64,000 bases of DNA from IMGVR_UViG_3300010938_000950:145767-209766, one strand, 5' to 3'. Shown: positions 8,189 through 18,605, counted from the first letter of the stretch. The notes: a model not told the origin generated them from the letters alone. A program made the numbers and translations.

Positions 8189-10540
8189 ATGGCGAACGTA
8201 CAAGTGACGCTGACTCAGAAAGAGCTGGAGGAGATTGTCTGCCAGCATCGGATTCCCCTCTGGCTGGAGCATCGGTATCTCTGCCATCCCGAGCGAGAGT
8301 GTGAGGATGGGTGTCAGGTTCACGCTGACCTGAACCGACTCCACAAGTACCAAGATGGTCAAGGGTGTGACCCGGCCTATGGTGGTGAAAGGACCAAGTG
8401 AAGATGCGTGCATGCACACACAAGAGGCGAGAGCTTTGCACCGAAGCTGATGGGTGCTACTGGCTTCGGTGTTTGCATTGCAAGGCTCGCGGTCCCAAGA
8501 AGCATAGCGCCACGCTGGCAATCAAGGCCGCCAAGAACAACATGCGAGAGCGCTGATGGCAAGCTGGCAACTGGAAAAAGATCCTGTCAGGTTGTGGAAC
8601 CTGTTGGCGACATGTCTCTCCTACGGCCACACCATTCCCTACTACTACAGGGATAAGCCGCAAACCTCCTTCCCTCTCAACAATCACGAGCACAACTATT
8701 CCGATAGTTCTTGTGCTCCGTATCTGCTGGAGGATATCCAGCATGCTCTCTTCGATGAGGGGATGCCGGAGGTGAGGCTGGTCTTGTGGGGACGGTCTCA
8801 TGGTCCCATCACAGACACCGTGACCTTCACCTTCAACAAGCAAGGTTTGGTCCAAGCCCTGATCTACTACAACGACGACTAAAAGTCGGCGGCTCCCATT
8901 CACCGCAACCAAGCATCGAAGCCCAACGGAGGAACGAATCATGAGCGAGCAAAAGAATCAGGCGAGCAAGTCGCCTGCAAAAGAGCGCAAGATGACTCCC
9001 AAGGGATTCCTTGCCAAGACTCAGACCAAGGCCGCCAACTCGGCCCTTGCCTTCATCACCCAGTACCGTGAGTATCTGACCACGGGAGAGGTGGCAGACA
9101 GGACCAGTCCCATCATCGCCAAGCTGGATGCTGGCGAGCTTCTGCCGACTCCTGCTCTCCGGGAGATTCAGAATGCCGTGATGACTCACATCATCAAGGC
9201 AGACGAGAAGAAGCTGGAAGAGAGCCTGACGGCTCCTGCCAATGGTGGAGGGACTCGCAAGAACTGGCGAGCCACCATCTACGATGCGGCTGGCAACGTC
9301 ATGACTCGGACCAAGGAAAGCGGGGAAGTGGAGGATCTCATCAAGGGGTTCGATCTCTCCTCGGATGCCGACCGCTGGTGTGACCGGCGACTCTTCGAGG
9401 GGACGCATGGTTGGTATGCCATCGTGGAGCATACCAGCATGAAGGTCTCCACCCGAATCGAGCGAGGGGATGCCATCGCCCGGATTCTCAAGAAGCCCAA
9501 GGGGCCGACGGTCCAGGTCAAGGGCAAGAGCACCAAGACCCTGGGCTTCGGAGTCAAGGCCAAGCAAACCCGAGTCACCTTCTCGGGAAGCTGAGAGCCA
9601 ATGGGGAGCGGGGCCAAACACTCCGCTCCCATTCACAACCAATCGAGGACGATGAGCATGACACCGTTCGAGCAAGCGGTTGCCTCCCTGGGCGACACAC
9701 CCGAGTCAGTCACGGAAGCACTCAGGGCCAAGGGCATCAAGGGCTATCGGCGCCTGGCCTCTTCATGCCCGATTGCCAAGTACCTGAATGCATGTGGGTT
9801 CAAGATCGTCACGGTCGCTACCCACGCTCACAATTACCGCCATCCTATGGATGAGTATGCGGAGCAGGCAATCTCTCTGAATAAGGGAGTTAGGGAGTGG
9901 ATCATCGGATTCGATGATGGCAAGTACCCGGAGTTTTACCAGGACGCATGACCATCTCAGCCGAGGATGAGTTTCTGATTCAGGCCACTGGTCCAGGAAA
10001 GGAAGATCGTTCCTGGTCCCGGAGCACCCTGGCAGTAGCTCAACACATCGCAGACCAGGCCATCACCAAACTTGGGTATGCGTATGCAGAAGTGCGCAAC
10101 CAGTTTGGTGGGCATCTGAGTGACCCTCTCTACAAGGTGGAGAAGATTGCTCGGCCTCCGGGAGAACCAACCAACGAGATGCGGCTCTCCATGAAGAGAG
10201 CTGGCATTGACCCGGACGAGTGGCTACAGAAAGCACGAGCCCCTCAATCACACGCTGCCACTCAGCAATTGATTGCTTTGTTGGCAAAGAGGCGATAAGC
10301 CTCCCATTCACAGAATGCCCATTGCAGGGCATGCGGCAAGCAACGAACGAAAGCGAGACAACGAACATGAACGAGCAGCAGACCTTCCAGAGCCCGACCC
10401 GCCTCTTCCTCCTCCGATGCCATGCGGCCTGGGAGAAGTTCGAGAACGTGGTTCTCTTCCCCTTCCGCTGGCTGAGCGCCCGCTTCGGACAGACCCACGT
10501 GTTCGAGGAGCGAGCGGTCCAGCTCCGACTCGTCAAGTAA
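8189..10540 (+). other. Hypothetical ORFs 8189..8401, 8556..8882, 8941..9594, 9652..9951, 9948..10298 and 10367..10540
   Basis: Tightly packed + strand ORFs with SD sites, most preceded by the 11-mer. Confidence 0.7.
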
Positions 10541-10702
10541 GCAAGCCGAGCGGCTCCCATTCACCGCTCACCGCAAGCGGCAAGCGACAGCACAATCGAG
10601 CATCGGGCCTTCCCCGGCCCATGAGCTAACAAGCAATAAGGTACACACGAACGCTCTGCTCACTCGTGCTGTCGCAACCCGCACCTAAGACAAGGAAGAG
10701 TC

Positions 10703-11080
10703 ATGGCCAAGTGTTCACGCTGTCAGGGTGAAGGCGAGGAGTTTACCGAAGAAGAGGGCCACCCACGAGGTGGAGTCTACGAGACCTGCTACCACTGTGG
10801 TGGTTCTGGTGAAGTGGACGAAGAGACCGACTTCCACGACCGACTCCATGCGGTTGCTTCCGCTCTGGCTTACCAGAAGGAAAGCGAGTATCGCAAGGCA
10901 TGTGACTCTGACCCGGATGGGGATGGGTACGACTTGTGTGCAGCGGAGAATGGCTACCGTACTTACGACTACTTCCGAGTCCGTGTTTGGGAACGCACGG
11001 CGGACATTGCCCAAGAGCTGGCCGAAAGGCCGAGGGCAGACCAAGAGCTACTGGTGGCCTGGAACGAATACCAGGGCTGA
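10703..11080 (+). CDS. DnaJ-type CxxCxGxG zinc-finger protein
   Basis: CSRCQGEG and CYHCGGSG motifs. Confidence 0.7.
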   Translation: MAKCSRCQGEGEEFTEEEGHPRGGVYETCYHCGGSGEVDEETDFHDRLHAVASALAYQKESEYRKACDSDPDGDGYDLCAAENGYRTYDYFRVRVWERTADIAQELAERPRADQELLVAWNEYQG

Positions 11081-11115
11081 CGGCTCCCATTCACTGCAAA
11101 CCGAAAGGCAAGGCC

Positions 11116-12772
11116 ATGCTGATTCGCATGTCGTCCATGTTGACGGGCAAGATTCACGAACGAGAGATTGATGTCACTCCTGAGCAACTCCAGAAGTGGC
11201 ATGATGGCATGCTGATTCAGGATGCCATGCCTCATCTGTCGGATGATGACAGAGAGTACCTGATCAGTGGGGCCACTCCCGAAGAGTGGGATCAGTTCTT
11301 CGGGCCTCCCAAGAAAAAGAAGTAAACGAAGTCCTTCCATGCCCGTATCCAATTCCCTTACAGGAATTGGGGCGGGCATAAGGTGTCGAAAGGAAGGACA
11401 ATGTTTCGAGAACAGACAACGTATCCGCTTCACGACACATCACTCTCACCCGATGCGGAGAAGGGGCAGATTGCGCTTCTCCACAACATCGAGAAGCGGT
11501 GTCAGGCCATCGTCACCAAGCTTCCCAAGTGGGGCGGAGGTGTTCAGGTCAAGGTGCTGAAGGAGTACCTCAACAAGCTCCTCAAGGTCAACTTCAACGA
11601 CAACCACATTCGGTATGCACTGGAGTGGCTGGTCAACAACGACTGCATCGGCAAGAGGGGAAAGGGTGACACCGCTCTCTACTACGCCTATGCCACCACC
11701 CCGGCTCGCTGGTCCAAGGCACGCAAGGCTCATCGCCGATGATGACCGAGACTCAGATCGCCTTGGAAGTGGGTCTGATGGGCAGGAGCCGAGCGGTCAG
11801 CTTTCTCCAGTCTCTTCTCTCTCGGTTCCAAGGGAACGTCACTCAGGCCGCGCCCGAGGCTCCCATTCACGGCATGTCGGCCGCCGAGGATGCGGCAACC
11901 GACGAGCAAGCGGTCAAGGACTGGAACAAGCCCGAGCCCAAGACCAGCTTCGACCATGCGGTCAACTTCATCTTCGCTCACCCCGGCTGTCGTAGTGGGG
12001 ATGTGAAGCGTCACGTCAAGGAAGTGGCAGGCATCACGGACAACCAGTGGGCCAACATTCTTGTCAAGCTGGGCAATGACCGGCGCTTCCGCAAGGAAGG
12101 CGAGAAGATCAACATGAAGTGGCACACGGTCTAGCAGACCTCCCATTCACAAATCATCGCAACCTCAGCCCGTACCTGGCGAAAGCTGGGACGGGCTTGA
12201 GGCATTGAAAGGACGGGAGCTATTGCTCCCCATAACAACAGGAGCAATCAAAATGGAAAACGTCAAGATGTCGGTCAACGGAACGAAGCTCACCATCGAG
12301 GTGGATCTGGCGCATCGGGGTGGCAAGTCCCCCTCTGGCAAGACGATCCGAGTCGCCTCCACGGAGGGCAACGTCTCGATTCCGGGGTACGAGAACGCCG
12401 AGGTCAAGGTCGGTCTCAACGTCTTCACCAAGTGAGTGACGTTGCCTACCTTGAAAACAACTAGGTAGGCAGGCATAAGCTGATTCGCTACCTGGCATAT
12501 GCAGGTCGAAAGGCGGACAGCCTGGCTAGTCGTGAAAGCCGGACTCCCATTCACCAGCCACCAGCCAGGAACGAAAGAACATGAACAAGCGAGCCATCGA
12601 AGGTGTCAAGTCCAATCTCCGCTACATCGAGGAGGACGTGGACAGCGCTCTCTCTCACGCCAAGGAGATCAAGGATCCCGAGCTGACCAAGAAGCTGACG
12701 GAGATCAAGGCGAAGACGCAGGGAGCCAAGGAGTACATCGTCAGCCGTACGGACGCCAAGACCACTGGCTGA
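11116..12772 (+). other. Hypothetical ORFs 11116..11325, 11401..11742, 11739..12134 and 12581..12772
   Basis: + strand ORFs; 11401 and 11739 products have wHTH-like C-termini. Confidence 0.65.
12253..12435 (+). CDS. Small conserved protein, paralogue of 1760..1945
   Basis: MENVKMSVNGTKLTIEVDL...SGKTIRVASTEGNVSIPG...KVGLNVF. Confidence 0.8.
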   Translation: MENVKMSVNGTKLTIEVDLAHRGGKSPSGKTIRVASTEGNVSIPGYENAEVKVGLNVFTK

Positions 12773-12956
12773 CCATAGGGGCTGACCGAAGACGAAGGGG
12801 TGGATGAGCAACCCTCCCGGAATGGCGATAATTGGGTAACGTACTCAAGTAAGCAAAGTTGGTGGCTCCAATCTTCGCATCGGCATAAGCCGACTGCAAC
12901 CATCGGGCAAGGCCGATAGGATCTAACCATTCCTCCCTCTGGTAGATTCTGTCCGA

Positions 12957-13048
12957 GGCCGAAACAAGCATACGACACTATATGGGTTTAGCGGTGAGCC
13001 CTGTAGCTAGTATGCTTGTCTAACAGTGAGGCTGTTACTGACGAGCCC
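12957..13048 (+). ncRNA. Type II hammerhead ribozyme candidate (cleavage after GTC 13020)
   Basis: GAAA at 12961, perfect 10-bp stem III ACAAGCATAC/GTATGCTTGT, GUC triplet, 6-bp stem I TAACAG/CTGTTA, CTGACGA core, short stem II G13045-C12960. Confidence 0.7.
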
Positions 13049-13250
13049 AAGTACCTACACGGGTAGCAGACGAAACCATCTGGCTGGTAACCGGGTGGCT
13101 GATAGTAGGGATACACCAAACGAGATGTAAGTTTGGTCCCTTCTGGTCTATAACAATACCTCACCAGAGAGCGGCTGTTGTCCTACAGGATTGCCAAACT
13201 CTGCTTTGTAATCATAATGCCGGGGTCGCTCCCTGAATTGTCTGTAGGTG

Positions 13251-13319
13251 GCATATCCCAAACTGGATGACCAAGCGACTAGCTATCGCAAGGTGTGGGT
13301 TCGATTCCCACGATATGTA
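13251..13319 (+). ncRNA. Degenerate tRNA-like element (anticodon loop CT-AGC-TA)
   Basis: Acceptor GCATATC/GATATGT, T arm GTGGG-TTCGATT-CCCAC, D-loop-like AACTGGAT without a stem, 4-bp anticodon stem. Confidence 0.6.
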
Positions 13320-13459
13320 CTGAGTTACTTGGCGTGAGTCACTGTGAGTCACAACGCATGTCGGGGTCTCGAATCCTTATGCACCGTGATAGCAGGTTCG
13401 ACCCATGGGAATAACGGCCGGGTAGCTCTCAAGCTCCCATTCATCGCAAGAAGGAAACG

Positions 13460-14327
13460 ATGTTCGACTGCAACACTCAGGGAACGTTGACTGTCCAAGG
13501 AATCCCTTGGGCCTACTTGAAGCACAACGGCAAGTTGGCTTTTGGGTTTGGCCGTCATGCCATTCACTTCGTTCCTCAGACCGGCTTCTATCATATCAAG
13601 GAAGCTGGTGAAACTGTCTTCGCTGCATCCACCGTGGCAGAGTGTCTGGACAACGCTACTCCGTTCGTCCTGGACTACTATGCCGACCGCATCAAACCGT
13701 CCTGGGAGAACTGAAGGAACATGCAAACGACCATCGACACCGCCGATGCCAAGAAGAAGCTCTACAGCACCAACCTCGGAGAGTACCACATCAACGAGTT
13801 TTGTCGAGTGCTGTCCATCCGGCTTCCCGAGCAGATCACTCCGCTCGGCTTTCTGATGGCCTTCGAGCTTCTCATCTCCGACATGGAGAAGGGTGACGGG
13901 CTCTACATCAAGGGCATCGGGGAGCCCATTCGCTCCCGATTGTCCAGCATGCCGCTGGGCTTTCTGATGAGGCTTCACATCGACAAGATCATCGACCAAG
14001 CATTCCCTGCGGAGTTTGGTGCCGAGATCAAGGCCGAACGTCAGGCCGTACTGAACGACATGAAGGCGTCCGGTTTCTGAACCGGCTCCCATTCACTGCA
14101 ACGAACGAGGAACGAACATGGCAACCGTCAACCGCACACCGAGCAGCAAGCCCCGTCAGCCCAGTGTCAGGGAGCTGACCAAGATCAACCGCAAGCTCAA
14201 GCGCCAGGTTCAGAAGGAGAACAAGCGCAACGAGGAGATCAACCGTCTCCGCAAGGAGAACGAGGAGCTGAGCCTCCGTCTCTACTCACTCCGCAACGAG
14301 CGCAACAACACCGGGGAGTGCTGCTGA
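13460..14327 (+). other. Hypothetical ORFs 13460..13714, 13721..14080 and 14118..14327
   Basis: SD-preceded ORFs; 14118 is a basic coiled coil. Confidence 0.7.
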
Positions 14328-14504
14328 GATGAGCACTCCGAAGACCAAGCGAGTCAATGCTCGCAAGTTCCCCGGCATCGCTGGTGCCCGGCCCGACAAG
14401 GCGGCTTGGCGCAAGGAAGCTGCTCTCAAGCGGCAAGCGGCCTACGCTGCTCTTCCCGAGGAAGAGAAGAAGCGCCGCAATCCCAAGAAGTTCGAGAAGG
14501 CGGC

Positions 14505-14630
14505 ATGAAGCTCTCACTTCGGAAGCAGAGGGGATTCACCCTGACCGAGCTTCTGGTCGGCCTCTTCTGGCTCCTCTTCTGGGGCACTCTCATCGTGGTG
14601 GCCGTTCACTTCATCGCCAAGTTCTGGTGA
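14505..14630 (+). CDS. 41-aa type IV prepilin-like peptide
   Basis: MKLSLRKQRG|FTLTELLVGLFWLLFWGTLIVVAVHFIAKFW: basic leader, G-1, F+1, E+5 and one hydrophobic helix. Confidence 0.75.
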   Translation: MKLSLRKQRGFTLTELLVGLFWLLFWGTLIVVAVHFIAKFW

Positions 14631-14634
14631 TAGA

Positions 14635-15165
14635 ATGAGCTGCGATAACTGCAACTGTCTGGACTGTACCAGGCAGCGAGGCATCGACCGAGCCATGAAT
14701 CGGTCCAACGACATGGACGATGCTCCCATTCACGGCCTGCGGTGGCAGGATGCCGAGCCGGCCAACGAAGTGCAGGCCAAGGCATGGGGAACCATCGCTG
14801 ATCACTTCATCGACCACATCGTCTCCATGCCGCTGTCACGACTGGTGGAAGCGGTCTGCAATTCCATCAGGGGACTCAAGCCTGAGAACTACAATCGGGT
14901 GGCAGCTCAGGTGGAGAGATTCATCAGGGAGAGCCCCAAGTACGAGCTTCGTAAGGGTATGGCTGGTGGAGTCTTCAAGCGCAAACCAGCGGGCGGGTCG
15001 GATCTGAGTTTCGTCCAGCCCGTCTACATGGAGCTGAAGCCGGCTACCAACGTACCGGACATGATCACTGGGAAACTTCCCGACGACCACACGTGTCCTG
15101 CATGTGGCAACACCAAGCTGAACAAGGCAGAGAAGTCTTGTTGGAAGTGTGGAGGTGCGCTGTGA
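14635..15165 (+). CDS. Hypothetical protein with C-terminal zinc ribbon
   Basis: CPACG...CWKCG; in-frame 11-mer (DDAPIHG). Confidence 0.7.
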   Translation: MSCDNCNCLDCTRQRGIDRAMNRSNDMDDAPIHGLRWQDAEPANEVQAKAWGTIADHFIDHIVSMPLSRLVEAVCNSIRGLKPENYNRVAAQVERFIRESPKYELRKGMAGGVFKRKPAGGSDLSFVQPVYMELKPATNVPDMITGKLPDDHTCPACGNTKLNKAEKSCWKCGGAL

Positions 15166-15431
15166 GCTTCAAGGACAGAGACGAGACTCCCGAGGAAAAG
15201 AAGAAGCGGGAGTTTAGCGAGAATCCCAAGAACTTCCCTGCCATCACGGTGAGATACTGCCATCAGTGCGGGTGTCACTATACTGGTGGGTGCAAGGAGC
15301 ATGCTTCTGCACTTCAATCTGACTTGAAGTTGAAGCAGTAACCAAGGACGAACGGCGCTCCCATTCACGGGGCGGCGGTGACGAAAACCGGGCAATCGCC
15401 CCAAACAAGAAAGAAACAGGAGAATCGAATC

Positions 15432-15884
15432 ATGGCATGGGACAACACGCCCGCTCAGAAGGAAGCGGTCAAGGCGTTTCTGGTTCAGACGGATGGCAAG
15501 TACGACCTGGAGGCCAGCGTGGAGAAGTTCACGGCGGTCGCCAAGTTGCACATCGCCAAGCAGACGGCAGAGCAGGATCTGATCGCTCTCTGCATGGCCG
15601 AGGTCTTCGATGCCCGTCCGGGTGTCACCCTCAACATCGACTACATCAAGAGCCAGACGGTGGCTCGGATGTCGAAGCGTCACCCGGAGTTGGGTGAGCC
15701 GACCCTCTTCTCCATGCTGAGTGGTCGAGTGGAGGACTACCTCCACGAGAACTGCGACCAGCCGGCGGTGGAGGCCAAGGGTGACAAGCCCGCTCGTGAG
15801 GCCATCACGGATCGCACCTACGCCAAGAAGATGGGCAAGGGTGGCGGGTTCTACCGCAAGTCGGACCAGACCCCGAGCAAGTGA
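15432..15884 (+). CDS. Putative DNA-binding protein, paralogue of 33228..33656
   Basis: VQTDGKYDL and KMGKGGGFYRKSD motifs; AGGAG SD. Confidence 0.75.
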   Translation: MAWDNTPAQKEAVKAFLVQTDGKYDLEASVEKFTAVAKLHIAKQTAEQDLIALCMAEVFDARPGVTLNIDYIKSQTVARMSKRHPELGEPTLFSMLSGRVEDYLHENCDQPAVEAKGDKPAREAITDRTYAKKMGKGGGFYRKSDQTPSK

Positions 15885-16229
15885 TCATGGCAGAGCAGCC
15901 GGTCGATCTGAGCCCCTTCCTCAAGAGGGGGCTCCACTACCGGGTGGCGGACTTTCTGTACCGCCATCTCTTCCAGCATGTGGACAACTTGCTGGAGCGT
16001 CTCAGTGCATGGTCCACTCGCAAGTGGTGCGAGGACAACAGCCAAGCGCTGCGCGACCTGAATCGAAAGGGTCGCTGACAAGGAATCGGGTTTGGTGTAA
16101 GAGTCTAGCCCTTGGCATCGGACCAAGGGAGGACGAACCCAAGAGCACACAAAACACCTATGCTGCCAGGGCGATAGCGATTCAAACTGGTAGCTCCCAT
16201 TCACCGCAACCGCAACCCGAGGAACAACG

Positions 16230-18320
16230 ATGAGCAACCGCGCTACCAACATCCTGCTTCGCCACAACTTCATCCACATCCCTGCTCCGAGCAGCGATAC
16301 GGTGGTGGGTGCCAAGGAAGCTCTTGCCACCATCCTGATGAACCTGACCTACTACGGGAAGGCTCTCAGCCAGGAGGCATATGCCAAGCTCCTTCACCTG
16401 ACGGGTGATGACTTGGTGTCCTGGTGGCAGGTTGTCGAGGCTGAGCTGAAGGACATCACGGGAGCCTCTCGCAAGATTGGCGATTTCGTGGTCTACAAAA
16501 ACTTCCCCAAGGAGGTTCTGGACAAGAGCGCGGCCGAATACTGGCTCCCGCAGATCCTCATGTACTGGGGATTCCCGAAGGAGCTGTTCACCGAAGAGGT
16601 GGTGCCCCGTCCGAAGATGGACGAGCAGCCCAAGTGTACGGTGCTTCATCTCGCCAAGGATGGTCAGCTCCAAAACATCTTCACGTCCTACCTCAAGTCC
16701 CCGGCTCGCTGGAAGGACCATGAGCTGGCTGACGTTCTCTTCCTGGTGGATTGGTTTGCCGTCGATCTCGGCAAGCTGGCCTTCAAGGAGAACATGGTTC
16801 TCCTGGCTTCGGCTCTCATCAGCCGTGGCAAGGACATCAAGGTCAACACGGCCACCGACGTTCTCCGTCTGGCTGTTGGTCTCAGCAACGGTGATGTCTC
16901 TCTCCGTGAGAAGAGCAAGCTCCGTTCCTTCAAGAAGAAGGAACGTCGATTCCTGCTCAACATGCTGGAGAGCTGCACCAATCTGACGGAGGACGTGGCT
17001 CGTAGGCCCGAGCTGTTCAAGCGTCTTCTCCACTCTCTTCACCCCGGCGACTACAAGCGGTCCTATCCGCAAGTCCTCAAGGTGATGAACAGTCTCTATC
17101 ATGACGAGTTGGAGACTTTCAACTCTCAGGTGGAGGGCCTTCTGCTCGACAAGGACGAGCGAGTGCTGAAGCTTCTGGCTGGTCGCCCTGGCGACTTCCG
17201 AAGGCGCCTGGTCCACACGGTCAATCTCTTCGGTAAGAAGGCGGCTTCTGCCTTCACTTCTCAGGAAGTGCTGAGCAAGCTGACGGTCGGGCAGATCGTG
17301 GCTACTCGTTCCTTCCTGAACACGGTCAACGAGCGTACGGCTCGCATCTTCCCGCCCAAGGGGAACTGGAGTCGTGCTCAGTTGGCAGAGCCCCGCACGG
17401 TTGCCAAGACTCATCTCAAGGCCATCGACAAGGCGCTCGGTGCTGCGCTGGCTGCACGTGTTCCGGCAGTTGGTGTGCTCGATCCTGCCACCAGCAAGAT
17501 CAAGCTGCCCAACAACGGAGAGGAAGGTCCCTACACTCGTGGAACGGTCTTCCCGATTCCCGAGGGAACGGACTTCATCCGCACGGCATCCTATTGGGAT
17601 GTCAGCCAGTCTCGCTACACCTGGTTCGACAATGGTTGGAACTTCTTCGACCAGAACTGGAACCCGGTTGGTGCTTGCTGTTGGAACCAGCCCTTCTTCC
17701 CCAGCCGAGGGTACAGCTACTACAGCCGAGATCAGAAGCCTGCCAAGGATACTGGAGCGGTCTTCTCTGGAGACCCGACCATTGCCACTGGTAAGGCTGC
17801 CCAGATGATCGACCTGTATCCCGAGAAGCTTCGTGCTCAGGGAGTCAGGTATGCCGTGTGGAGCGTTCTCTGCTTCTCTCGGTTGACGTTCAACCAGGCG
17901 AACGATGTCTTCGCTGCCTTCCAGTGGGGCAAGGATGCCAACAAGGGCAAGCTTTTCGAGCCGGCCCGTTGTCAGCTTGCCATCCCGCTCAAGGGTGACC
18001 AGCTCACCAAGTACGTCGTTCTCATCGACCTCGATAAGAACGAGATGATCTACTTGGATGCTGGCCTCAAGAGCAGCACCAGCAGCGCAGCCATGAACGG
18101 CCCTCTTCTCCAGAAGACGATGCCGGCGTTCTTGGAGTACATCAACTCCCTCCCCTCCGTTCACGACTTGTTCCGTGAATCGGTGGACGCATCCAGCAAG
18201 ACCAAGATTCTCTACTCCGACAAGGATGCAGAGTTGAAGGGTGAGCCGGCCTATGTTTTCCGCCCGGAGAACAAGGAGAACAAGTTCAAGCCGGTGGACC
18301 TGAACGGTCTTCTCGGATGA
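16230..18320 (+). CDS. Large TerD-domain family protein of the type carried by large phages and Firmicutes
   Basis: 696 aa; family motifs TATDVLRLAVGLSNGDVSL, SFKKKERR, LHPGDY, RPGDFRRRL, IFPPKG, RGT..P, SGD, FEP in a TerD-like C-terminal region (recognised from memory). Confidence 0.75.
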   Translation: MSNRATNILLRHNFIHIPAPSSDTVVGAKEALATILMNLTYYGKALSQEAYAKLLHLTGDDLVSWWQVVEAELKDITGASRKIGDFVVYKNFPKEVLDKSAAEYWLPQILMYWGFPKELFTEEVVPRPKMDEQPKCTVLHLAKDGQLQNIFTSYLKSPARWKDHELADVLFLVDWFAVDLGKLAFKENMVLLASALISRGKDIKVNTATDVLRLAVGLSNGDVSLREKSKLRSFKKKERRFLLNMLESCTNLTEDVARRPELFKRLLHSLHPGDYKRSYPQVLKVMNSLYHDELETFNSQVEGLLLDKDERVLKLLAGRPGDFRRRLVHTVNLFGKKAASAFTSQEVLSKLTVGQIVATRSFLNTVNERTARIFPPKGNWSRAQLAEPRTVAKTHLKAIDKALGAALAARVPAVGVLDPATSKIKLPNNGEEGPYTRGTVFPIPEGTDFIRTASYWDVSQSRYTWFDNGWNFFDQNWNPVGACCWNQPFFPSRGYSYYSRDQKPAKDTGAVFSGDPTIATGKAAQMIDLYPEKLRAQGVRYAVWSVLCFSRLTFNQANDVFAAFQWGKDANKGKLFEPARCQLAIPLKGDQLTKYVVLIDLDKNEMIYLDAGLKSSTSSAAMNGPLLQKTMPAFLEYINSLPSVHDLFRESVDASSKTKILYSDKDAELKGEPAYVFRPENKENKFKPVDLNGLLG

Positions 18321-18459
18321 CGGACCAGCAATATCGGGCGGCCAGATTATATCTGGCCCTCCGATACCTGGTGGTTGATTCAAGTCAGCCACCAAGTTTA
18401 GGAGAGTGTCTCCTATACGAGATGTGCTTTGCATACAAGCAAAAGCACGAGTGAGTTTC

Positions 18460-18605
18460 GGTAGGCCATGATGGTTCTTCCTTCTAAATCAATGGGAAAA
18501 CAGAGCCATCGCTTTCCTACCAATGTGGGCCATAGAGGGTCTTCCTTCTAATTCAAGGCATCAGCCCAAAAGGCTGATAAAAAACAGACCCTCTGCTTTC
18601 CCACA
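18460..18605 (+). ncRNA. Tandem pair of a covarying structured RNA motif (units 1-2)
   Basis: Stem-CCAT-9bp stem-TCCTTCTA-N-AAAAC-stem-GCTTT-stem; units 18460-18521 and 18524-18605 have different but fully complementary stems. Confidence 0.8.

Noticed and set aside
13018-13080. Alternative type III hammerhead register using GAAAC at 13072
   Set aside because: Stem III would have only 2 bp and stem II is mismatched; the upstream GAAA at 12961 gives a perfect 10-bp stem III.
13170-13250. Possible tRNA-Thr(TGT) relic (TTTGTAA loop, CCTACAG/CTGTAGG)
   Set aside because: No anticodon stem and no proper TTCGA T loop.
33-16204. Dense 11-mer repeats as a CRISPR array or integron cassette array
   Set aside because: The repeat is only 11 bp, spacing is irregular (about 100 bp to 10 kb) and the intervals are genes. 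No cas gene, integrase or attC-like palindromes are seen.
16182-18434. 750-aa minus-strand ORF, and other long minus-strand ORFs such as 37597..38805, 8833..9675 and 29749..30612
   Set aside because: These are antisense shadows of + strand genes with biased codons. They show no protein motifs or SD sites, and all regulatory signals point to the + strand.
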